A stretch of DNA of 47,856 bases from Spironucleus salmonicida (lineage: Eukaryota): contig NC_090597.1 of the NCBI RefSeq assembly GCF_000497125.1, forward strand, positions 186,001 to 233,856, written 5' to 3'. Below the pieces are notes generated by a model. The model made no database searches. It saw only the letters and a list, made by a program, of their open reading frames with translations, and was not told the origin of the DNA. Shown here piece after piece: positions 16,597 to 27,805 of the stretch. A program made the position numbers and the translations under genes. The first letter of the stretch is position 1, and each line of letters starts with the position of its first letter.

Positions 16597-17198
16597 GTGA
16601 GAGGTTGGAGTGGAAAATTGAATTTGAATTGGAAAGTTTAATTGGAAAGGCTTTGGGAAGTGATATAAGAGTTTGAGTTGAGGCTAGTGGTGATATGGCG
16701 CTGGTGGGGATGGTTTAGTTAGTGTTATAGCATGTAGATAGTGGATAGGTTGGTATTTGTACAAGACGGTTTGGGGTGTTAAAAATAGTAAATTCGGTCG
16801 TTAAGTAATTCTTATGTTTTCTACAGCTGAGACACAGCTCGTTAAGCGATATTCGAATCGAGAGTTGACGTATAATAATTAAAGTTAAAATTAGAATTAC
16901 TGCGTGGTGGAAATATGGCTTGAATTGGATAATGTGTGAATTTTAAGTTGTAAGGAAGGTCCAGATTGTGAGGTTTGCGTGGTCGGGATGGGATGGGGTA
17001 AGGCGTAGTGAGATAGTGGCAAAGAAAGTGAGCTCAGGATAGCAGAGATTTTGGGCGACTTGATTAATATGGCTTAGCGTGCGTTGATTAGAAAAAATTG
17101 AGTCTTATAGTTATTATTATACAATACTATTATATATATTTTTGCGCGTTGACCTTATTAATGTTAATATTAATTAAAAAAATTAGTTCAGATTGGGT

Positions 17199-18488
17199 TC
17201 ATTGAATTTTTGAATTATTCCACGACATTGAACGATTTATCTAGCTTCTGGTGTTACTATTTACGAGGTCTGACTTCGCTACGACTACTGATTTCTTCTT
17301 CCTTTTGATAATGAAAATCGTTAATCCGGCAACTACGCAGATAGTTAGTATTATTACCGCGACCACTATGCCAATAATTGAGCCTGTGCTCATTAATGTT
17401 AATTCTTAGCAGGTATCGTCAATCAGGTGTAAATCAGCCTCGCACTCAGTACATTCTCCAGAATTTAGGCAGTTAGTACAGCCTGCCGTACATTTTTTAC
17501 AGGTTTCCTTTTCTAGATAGTATCCTGGTAAACATTAACTGCATTAAGTACCTGAATGACAGTGTTCGCAAAATTCTTCGCAAGGTTCACATTTCACTTG
17601 TTTAATTAGAGCAAATTTGGTTTCACAGCTAATACAGGTTCCCTCAGTATTATATAACCTACAATTTTCCACCTATTTATAACACTTATCTACGCTTTAG
17701 TAGGTTGAGCAGAACTAACCTTCAGGGCATTTACTATACTTGTTGCATTCGATTTTGGCACACTTATTATCAACTTTGTAATAACCTTCTTTGCAAAAGA
17801 CACATCTATCGGCTCCCAAACAAAAAATGCATTATTCGTCGCATATAGTACACTTTCCCTGTTTCGCGGCAATATTGAATGCACATTTAGTACAAGTATT
17901 GGAGTCAGAACAGGTTAAGCAGTTTTCTGGGCAGGTCATGCATGCATTTTCTTTTAACTAAAATCCACTTTAGCATGTTTAGCAAACTGAGCTACTAGAG
18001 CAATTGAGACAGTTAGCTGAGCATGCTTCGCAAGTATTTACGTTCATAAAGAAGCCTTCTTGACATAATGAGCAGTCATCAGCAGTTGAACAAGTTTTGC
18101 AGCCCTTAATACACGTTTCACAGGTAAACGATTTTCCTAGGAAATAGTTGGGTTCACACCTCTTGCAGTTCTTTTAATCATATTAGTCAGCACAGTTGAT
18201 GTCACCCTTTAAACATTATCTGTTTGACAAATAATAACCAGACTTGCAAACACTGCAAGCTGGCTCGTGATAACAATATTTACAATTATCTGAACAGGGG
18301 ACACATTACAAGAGATCAAAGTAGAAACCTTCCTTGCATCTTAAGCAAGATTATGGAAACTTTGGATCACAAATATCACAATTGCTTCTTAGACAGTTTT
18401 TGCATATAGTACCAATCAGCGAAGCAGAAGAACCTTCACAATACATCCCAGATGGGCAAGGGTGTGTTTTGCATATGTATTTATCCAT
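17199..18488 (-). CDS. Cysteine-rich membrane protein (CXXC/furin-like repeats), 429 aa
   Basis: Begins MDKYICKTHPCPSGMYC. TM STGSIIGIVVAVIILTICVVAGLTIFII followed by KRKKK. Confidence 0.92.
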
Positions 18489-19054
18489 TTTGAAATAATT
18501 TCCTTTACATACTTTAATTATTAATATGAAATATTTATCTTTGTATTGTATAATTTCTTACTTCAAAAATATAATTTATACTAAATACTCCCAAAAATAC
18601 CATTCTCAAATTATAAGTATAGAAAATACGTTTTCTTATACCTTCATATTAACCTTATATATACAACTAATAATTACGAAAAAAAACTAATTAGAATGAA
18701 ACTATGAATATATTAACAATATATGAATGGATAAAAACTGACAATATTTTCAAGGAATCATATATAATTATTTTACCATAATTCTTATATCCTACAAAAA
18801 ATATAAAATTACTTATGCTCATATCCATATTATTACAATATTTGCAGTAACATTTATTTGAAAAACTTATACGATTACACTTACTGTAAAATATATTGTT
18901 TTAACGTTATTTCAGTATTGTGATGATTATAATTATTTTTATTTCTACTCAGCAGCGAATACGTAACACAGCTATGACAATAAAATAGCAACCCCCAATT
19001 TGCTCCCTAAAAATATATAGTTATTATTATATACTAATATGAATATTATGAATA

Positions 19055-19448
19055 ATGCTGCTTTCGCCCTCGCGCTAAGCAGCGTGCGATGCGGTCATTA
19101 CCCAAAACGCAGTAAACGTTATATCAGCTAAAAAGTCAATCGTTATATCACCTTATCATTAGCATATTTCTGCTTCACGTTCTGTGCAAGAAACTGACAA
19201 ATTGGCCATCCGCGAAGCGCAGCCTGCGGGCCGGATTTTCGTTCTAGCGAATTTCCGCTGGAAACGGCGCAGCGATTGCAAAGTCGCAGGCGGCGCTCGC
19301 GATTCGGTCCGTTCGATTTGAGCCGTTTTTGGGCTATTTTAGACGTATGATTTCGTTATATCAGATCGGATAAGAATGTTCTTATCGGAAATTTATTGAT
19401 GTAATGTAAAAATTTGAGGGCCGTGAATTCTGGGGTTTACGGGGGTGA
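19055..19448 (+). CDS. Possible small hypothetical protein, frameshifted
   Basis: MLLSPSRQAACDAVITQNAVNVISAKKSIVISPYHQ lies in a GC-rich island. Its own frame closes near 19321 and an alternative frame runs to 19448. Confidence 0.2.
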
Positions 19449-20330
19449 AAACGAGCAAAAATTGCCTGGAAATCACAGATAATTGGTGGTGCATTTTTGA
19501 AAAATAATGTATATATTAATGTATAATAATAAAGAAACTGTAAAATAGAAGTGGGAAAAATATTATTTATTATATTATATAATAATATAATATAATTATT
19601 ATAAAAGGAAGGGATATTAATTTTCCGAAAGTAATTAATATTTTATCTGGTACGATTTTGCGGTTTCCTAGAAATTGGAAAGTATTCTCGTGGAACTAGG
19701 CATAGATTTCGAGTTAAATCTAAGGCCAATGCTTGCTGGCGGTGTGGTGTGGTGTGAAATATGGTTTAGCAGATCGTTGTATTAAATGCAATTTCTTGAA
19801 ACTGTTTATAATAGAATTAGTTATTTACTAATTCAACTTTTAGAAAAATCTACGTAAAACTGAATTAAAATAATATTTATATTATATACTTATATTAAGA
19901 TATAAAAATAAACTAAATTTAATTCTTAAATTTTTAGGTTATTATCAAAAGTAAATAATTTGTGTAAAATTATATAAAGCAGGCGGTATTATATAATAGA
20001 ATGAAGAATTTTAACAGTAGAAAATATATTAATAATAATATAGCCGAGGAGATAATTATTAGTGTAAAATTATTAAGGTTAACAATATAAAGCAGGTAGA
20101 GTGTTTACACCACGTAAACTAAAATTTTGTTTATATTAATGACTATTGCTTTTAAGTAGTGTCCATAATGTGTATACTTGATTATTTTTAAGTTGGAAAA
20201 GGTATTAATCTATACGTGTATAAGTATTATAAATGAAGTAAAAATACGAGTATAAAACTGAAAACTCAACGTATAATATTAATAATAATATATTTTAATA
20301 TACATTTAAACTGACCTAATTTTATTAATA

Positions 20331-21599
20331 ATGTTAATGCTGCTAGCTGCACGTTGCTTTGGGATAGGCTTCGATAATGAGGATCCTACCATTGCGGATT
20401 CAGCGGTGCGTGTATTTGTAACTGCTAGGGGAATCGAAAACTATTGTGTGAAGAACATTCAGAGTGCTATAGGCACTATTTAAGGTTCAATTGCCGCGAT
20501 GGAAATATAGTTCACGGTAGCTGGTATATCGATTGAATTGAATAATGGTAGAATCATCAAAGTAGATGTGAGTAATATGGACGTCTTTTTACAAAATGAT
20601 TCTGCGGTGCTAAAACTAAGCAATGTAGAGTTAGACATTGTATTTGAGCTTAAATTAGAACAAAAAACTTTTCCGTATTTATACGATACCGGGAGTATGT
20701 CCTTGTAGATCAGTGATTTTACGATCCAGACGTACCTTTCTGTAGAGTTTAATGACGAATGCAAAAACAATTTTACCCTCCAAACACGAGACACCACTGT
20801 GAACATTAAAACATTCCAGATACAGTTCCAGTGTAACAACTAAGTTCTGCTTAACTCAATTAGTTTGTTTATAACTGGCTTCCTCAAGGATCTGCTTAAC
20901 GGGGATATAGGAAAATAGCTCGGCTCTAATATGATGACTGCTCTGATGAAGCTTCTGACCGAATTCTCATACCTTCCACGGATGGACTATGATAAGCCAT
21001 TTGGTGTAGACTAGCGATATTTTGCAGGTTTATAAATTACGGAAAACAATATTTAAGTTAACTCAACTGGCCAACGATGTTTATACAACAAGGACGAAGT
21101 ATACTGTCATGGTCATTTAAAGCAAACAGTTACACAGACGCGTACATTTTTCACCAACCATCATGTTCAGTATTAAATAGAGAAGCTGGCATTCAATTCA
21201 GGATTTGATTTATACCTAAAGGAAGAACGAATCTTTGACGGAATAAAAATTCAAAATGTTACTCTAACTAAGTTTCATAATACGGGTGCTGAGATAGTGG
21301 TAACTTTAGATGTCGGTGGAACACCGTAAATCCTAACATATCTAGAACCCGTAATGGTCCGGCTAGTGAGGGTAAACTAGGATGGAATTGATTTTGCTCG
21401 CTTTATTATACGGCTCACTAACCTGCTTACCAAAACCACTCTAAGCAGTAGTCAATAACTTGCGCTATCCGCTTATTTTGACAACTCATACAGAAGCTAT
21501 GACCTCATTTATGCAAATGCGCTTGGAGTTTCAGTTGAGAAGGCCCAGATAATATACCTAGATAACAATTGGGTTCACATAGGCAGCTTTATAGAATGA
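20331..21599 (+). CDS. BPI/LBP-like (TULIP) lipid-binding protein, 422 aa
   Basis: Short hydrophobic N-terminus, SAVRVFVTARGIENY (cf. BPI/LBP GLVVRITQKGLDY), a beta-strand-rich N-domain with YDTGS and a long closing helix. A clear paralogue lies at 39263-40527. Confidence 0.75.
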
Positions 21600-22327
21600 C
21601 TGGACTTTGTATTGAATTAGAAATATTATATAATTGTGTGAATAATTTTTAACAAACTACGATCGAACAAAATGAGCACTTAGCAATAATTTTTACTGAA
21701 TCATATGATGAATTATGAGTGACTGTTTACACATAACTGGGAGACTATCATTTTATTATAATTTGATAAACAACTCTATTGTAAAAATTTAAATTAAAAA
21801 AAATATAATTATCATACAATAAATTAAAACGTGATTTTTTGAATTAGTACTCGAAAATAAATAGAAATATTGATAAAGAGTTCTAGTAATTTTTTACAAT
21901 TTATTGATTTAATTACAATAATTTATATTTTTATAAATCAGATCAGATATGCATATCTCAATGCTCTTTATGAATAAAATTAACTATTACTAAGTTGTTA
22001 AAATATTTTAATTTATGCACTATACGTAGTGAACCGTTCAAAAACGTCCAATTATTCATGTTTACTCTCAGTTCGTTTACACTTAATCAATGAATGTCCT
22101 TTTCAATTTGGAAATTGCAAATAAACAATTAAGAGTTCACATTAAATACTATCTACTTTGCATTTGCTAACTCATAGATTCATGTGGAATTTACCATTTT
22201 AATTACTTTAACAATAACATATATAATTACTATATCCTATTTCCCTTATCCAACCCCTAGAATATCACAAATTCTCTCTTATCATTTCTCCTATTCGCGA
22301 TAAATTATTTTCAACTAACAAGAAACC

Positions 22328-24394
22328 TCACTTAACTAGTGTGCCGCCGTTACCAATTCCAGCATACATGGGCACAGTCGCTAGCTTCACGTTATCCTGC
22401 TCCAAAACGGGTGCGCCAACTTTCTTTTTCTTAATTATTGAATAGTAAACTCCCAGCCCTGCTAGAACGCTTACAACCAGAAGCATACCTGCAATAGTTC
22501 CTACTATCGCCCCCACGCCAATCGGTACAGCGGCGTTCAAGCACCGGCCTTCATTCACCGAAAAGGTCTCCATGCACGTATTACACTCGCCTGAACTATC
22601 GCATGATTTGCAGTTCTCAGGGCACACTTTGCACTCGTTTCCAGAAGTATTAGAGGAACAAAATTCTGATTCTTTACAAGTTTTGGTAGCTGAACAAACC
22701 ATTTCAGCGCAGATTCCTGAAACATTTAGAAAGTAGTTTTCTGCGCATTCAGAGCATTTATTAGCCTCGGTGCACGTTTCGCAATTTCCAGGGCATGCCT
22801 GACACAGATTTCCGGTTTCAAGTTTCTGGCAGAAATAATTTTTCTGGCATTAGAGATTTTTGGAGCATTAATTATTAACACATAATTAAGAATTTGAGAG
22901 TTCGAGTCCATCCTGGCACGAATTGCAGGTAGTGGAAGTAGAGCAAGTCTTGCACGATGCGCTGCATTTTGTGCATAAATTTCCAGTATCGAGAATTTCG
23001 CAAAATTGGCCTTCCGTGCAGGGATTGGATATAGTGCACACCTATTTAATGCATTCTTTGCTGCCTGAAAGGTACATTCCATCGTCGCAGCTCGAGCATG
23101 AATTTTTATTTTCGCAGGTTTTGCACGATCCTTGGCAGGGAGTGCACGTGCCGTTCTCGAAGTAATAGCCATCTACGCATAGCTCGCACGTGGTCGCATC
23201 TTTACAATTTTGACAGTTCTCTAGACAGTTTTGGCACTCGTTACCCCATTCCTGCAGTTTGCAGAATTCTTTAGTTTTGCAAATTTTATTGTCATCGCAC
23301 TCATCGCGCCTTTTAATGTAGCACTTATTTTCGTGTAGTATATATGAGTTTATGCACTTTGTACAATTATTTGCACTAGTACAATTTAAACAGTTGGATA
23401 CACATACTTAACATTTTTTTTAGGAGTTCAAAAAGTACTATGGTTAACATTACGTGCAAATTTCTTCAGAAGTACATTCAGAACATCTGGAGGAGCAATC
23501 TATGCAATAACCATTTACTAAGAAGAGGGGTGGATAACATTTGGCGCATAGTCCTTTTTCGTTAGCAACCTTGCAGTTTTATGGCATCTAAACACACGTG
23601 CTGCCGTTTTCATCTGTCGCACACGTCTGGAGTATGTTGCAAGGTTACTTCGAGTCACACTCCATTTTCTCGCATTTCTAGTTTATCAACATGAAACCCT
23701 CGCGACAAATTCCGCACACAGAGTTTGATGCGCAGCCCAAACAGTTCTCCTCGCATTTTGTGCAGGTTCCGGAAGCCAAAATGCTGTTATCTTAACATTT
23801 AGTACAAGTTTTTGTCGATGAGCAGCTCAGGCAGTTAACAGGGCAAGCGCTACAAACATTTATTTACAGGATAAATGACTGCTAACATTCACTGCAACTA
23901 GCAGTACTACTACATGTTTTGCATCCATCGGAACACTTAATGCACTACGAATTTGCTAAATAGAAACCGTCTTAGCAGGTTTAGCATTGAGTAGTTCCAG
24001 AGCAAGATTTGCAGCCTAGCCCGCAAGAGACACATTTTTATTTATCAAGTGCATATCCCTACTCGCATTCAACGCAGTTCTCTTTAGCATCGCATTATCT
24101 ACAATATTCTTTGCATTTTATACAGTATTGATAAATATGTACATATCCAGGCAAGCATTTTGTGCATATAGGGCCATTGCACTCTGAGCAGCCTACAAAA
24201 CACTTCAGACACACATTAAGTTTCAGATCATAACCTTTTCTACACGAAAGACAAGTTTTATTATTGAAATCACTACAAGCAGCACAGTTATAAACAGGAC
24301 AGTTCTTACAGAACTTACCTCTGGCACCGGAGGGTCCCCAAGGACAGATGGTAGATATTGGACAGTTTTTATTGGGACAGGTTAGTTTCGGCAT
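22328..24394 (-). CDS. Cysteine-rich membrane protein, 688 aa
   Basis: ORF-track pieces 24095-24394 and 22328-22702 share one frame. CXXC repeats run throughout. TM GVGAIVGTIAGMLLVVSVLAGLGVYYSII followed by KKKK. Confidence 0.92.
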
Positions 24395-25306
24395 TTTAGG
24401 GCGGAATTGAAAACTTGTTTTTTAATTTAAAAGTTATCAGAGAAAATAAAAACTATACTAAAATATATTTATAGAAGGAATAAAATATTTCATGTACACC
24501 TGAAAATAGCAAAAATAAAATAGATGGATTAAGTATTTATTCATAATAAGATTGCTATTCAGAAACTTGAAATAATATAAATATAAATAATACAGTAAAT
24601 ACAAAAAAAGTAACTGATATTAAGTTTCAGTTATAAAACTCATTTGAATTATTAACATTATATTATTATTATTATAAAATTAATTTATGTTTAAATTAAT
24701 AATTTAATATGATTAAGTAATTGGTATATTAATGAATATTTCGATTTCATCTTTTTGGATTATCTATGTCAATAATTAAAGGTTAAAATCTATTTTCAAT
24801 AATTGAATATAATTATACAAAAACATATATTTTTCGAATAAATTGAGTAGAAATTGCTGTTTTTAACTAACTAAATAATTGATAAATTTTTGAAACTTTA
24901 TGCTTAGATACTATAATAAATTATAGTATTTCAACCATTTTTTGATAGTATATAAATTAAGATATAATACTAATAAATATAAAATAAGTATAACTGAAAC
25001 TTACTTAAAATATTATAATTTATATTAATATATTTGATTAAAATTTATGAAAATAAAGTATATAAATTAATGCAGAAATTAGTAATATTCTAAATTTTGA
25101 ACGCGTCATTCTTCATAAATAACCATTAAAGTTAACTTTATCTAATCAAAATAATATTAGTTATCATTATTAAAGCAATTACATTAGTTTTGTAATAAAT
25201 ATATAATTATTATTATGACACTTTGTTTTATATATTAGGAAAACCATGTTCTGTTTTACATATAAATTAATAAATAGTATACTATATAATAATAATTTTA
25301 TATAAA

Positions 25307-25456
25307 ATGGGTCACAAAATGTCAACTGTGAATAATACATATTCAGGAGAACTATGTAATTTCACGTACGAGACCAAGAAATATAATAATTAAGTGATAA
25401 ATTTGGCAGATTAATAAGTGTCCTCTAGCGAGGGTTGTGTCAACTTAATATAATGA
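25307..25456 (+). CDS. Possible 49-aa small protein with an MGxxxS N-terminus
   Basis: aaaATG context; MGHKMSTVNNTYSGELCNFTYETKKYNNQVINLADQQVSSSEGCVNLIQ; GC content is higher than the AT-rich upstream flank. Confidence 0.35.
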
Positions 25457-26259
25457 TTGTATTTATACTATTAATCGACTTCCAATTTGAACTTCATATA
25501 AATATTATAGGCTTTCCTTAAAGATGCCAGAGCCTGTCTAAAACATTAAATTGATATTAAAAGATATCATGATAAATAGATTTAAATATGGTTAATATTT
25601 ATAGCTAATTTAAAGACAATAGGTAATTGTGCTAACCATTAAATATAGCCTTTCTGCTGCAAGTACATTAAACTATAAGGGCTTTCATCAATAAGTTTTG
25701 ATTTATTTTTTTTAGTAACCAGTTCGTAGTTCCTATGCGTATCTAAGTAATTTTAATATTTAATTTAGCTCATCCATTCTTAGTTATTTGATAATGACAA
25801 AAATATTCAGGCTTGAAAAATATAGTTGGGCATAATAGAGAATGATTGATATTATGTGTTAAATTCAGAATATACACAATTTCTAATTTTTCTACTACTT
25901 ATAATAACATAATGTAACAATAATATTTACTATCTTAAAATCAGTTCATAACTTCACAATGGTTATCTGTGTTCTTAATTTTGACATTATGATTTAGAAT
26001 CATCAGCAAAAGTATACGAACTAATAAATTAAAATATTATTCTATAAAATTACATACGATTATAATTTTAATAAATTAAGTAAAGTTAATTACTGTAAAA
26101 TTTTACTACCAGTTCTGTCACTTAGTTTCTACTATAATATTATTTATATTTTTGTGGAACTACTATTATATAATAAAAATTTATACATTCTATTTTTTCA
26201 TTAACAATACAAATTTAATATTTACATTAATACTAAATAATTATGTATTTATTATAAAA

Positions 26260-27462
26260 ATGAACAGCAAAATGCTATACTTGGATGGGGCTGAGGGGTT
26301 GCTTTTGGTTTGCTTTGTCTATTAAATTCTGCACAAGTTCTTCAAAACAGATATAATACAGTCATATGACATAGCACAGGATTTCACACTATGGTCCAAA
26401 TACGTTGAGGCATTTTATGGAATAGCAGGAATTCGAGCATACCAATGGTCCAAACTAAACGCTATACGCTACATAAAGATATTTTGCACGAAGATTATAC
26501 ACTATTAGATAACGCACGGTATATTTTGCTTATTTCTATTTTTCATACCATACAGCGACTACAGACTTACCTGGAAGAATATTCTCATGCTACAAGGTTA
26601 CTTTAAAGCTAGAAACGATATTTTCGACATAACGGCGGTATTCACGCAAATTTTTCAAGGATACACTATAATAGTCTGCTTATCTACCCGGTTTTTCAGC
26701 AAAAACGGAATACTATATTAATATGCCGTCATTTTCTTCCTATTTCTCCTTCGAATCTTCTATATTTCGCGAATAATCTACACGAATAAAAGCTACCACT
26801 CACCACAAGCTTTCGTCGGCCAGGGCTATCAAGAGCTGATGGCCTTTGTGATCCTTTTTCGCCTAAGCCACCATTTCGAGCACCACCAACGCGACCGGAA
26901 ATTCCTGGAAAGCCGCAGCCCGCTGGCAGTAGATGCCTTCGTCTTGGCCGGTGCAGTTCTAACGAGCCTCGCCCTGGGCCGCGTAAGCGCCATTTATTTG
27001 GACAGCACAATCTACCAACACAACGTGCTGCTAGCACTAGCCTACATCCTGCTGCGCCCGTTCTTCATTGCCATGGTTGGGGTCCTAATTATCCTTCTAG
27101 ATTACAGCCGTTTGATAAAGCGATTTCTAGCGCTGCCCGTCCTCTCAAAACTCGTCTACCGCACGCGAATGTTCACTGTCACGTGTACGGGCGTATTTTA
27201 TCAGCTCCTGTTATATCAGTTGCGACAGACCAAAATAGGTCCCTACGATCCGGTTCTGAGCGGAATCGTCGTCGTCGGCGCGCTTGTGCTGATTCAAGTA
27301 TTTTCGGCGGTTCTATTCACGCTGTTCAACCCGATAATTCTGCTTTTATTCTCAGTTTTCGACGATTTTTGCGAGCAAATTAACGGCTATATCGTGCTCC
27401 TCAGGACAAATTTTTTGGCAAAATTCGTGCCGCATGCCTTCGAAAATGGTGATCTTTAGTGA
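26260..27462 (+). CDS. Multi-pass membrane protein, divergent acyltransferase-3 (OafA/NRF-6-like) family candidate, 400 aa
   Basis: KMLYLDGAEGLLLVCFVYQILH resembles the AT3 motif lDglRg...H. Also YVEAFYGIAG and WKNILMLQGYF, with many hydrophobic segments. Ends TAG-TGA. Confidence 0.6.
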
Positions 27463-27805
27463 GCTATAGAGGCGAAAACGATATTTGGGAACTTCGCTTG
27501 GTAGAAAGGTTTTAAGTAAGAAAAGCGCGTGGGATGTGGTTGTGTTGGGGAAGTTGTGAGTAATTTTATTTGCTAATTTTCGGTTCATTAAAATTTTAAG
27601 TGATTTATATTGCATAATAATGTATTTATAATTTTACCCTTCCTTTAATAACGAATTCCAAGCATACTGGAAAAGTTTAGTTTGATAGTAAAATTATGTA
27701 ATAGTGGAAATACTAGTGTTTATTAAAATGTTTTCGCTCAATATAATAATTACTAAGTTAATTGTCATAAAAGAGTAATTTGTCCTAATTATTTAAAAAT
27801 ATTTA

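Noticed and set aside
25500-26250. Long stop-free frames in AT-rich spacers (also near 38570-38860 and 40700-41300)
   Set aside because: With TGA as the only stop, long open frames arise by chance, and these show no convincing coding signal.
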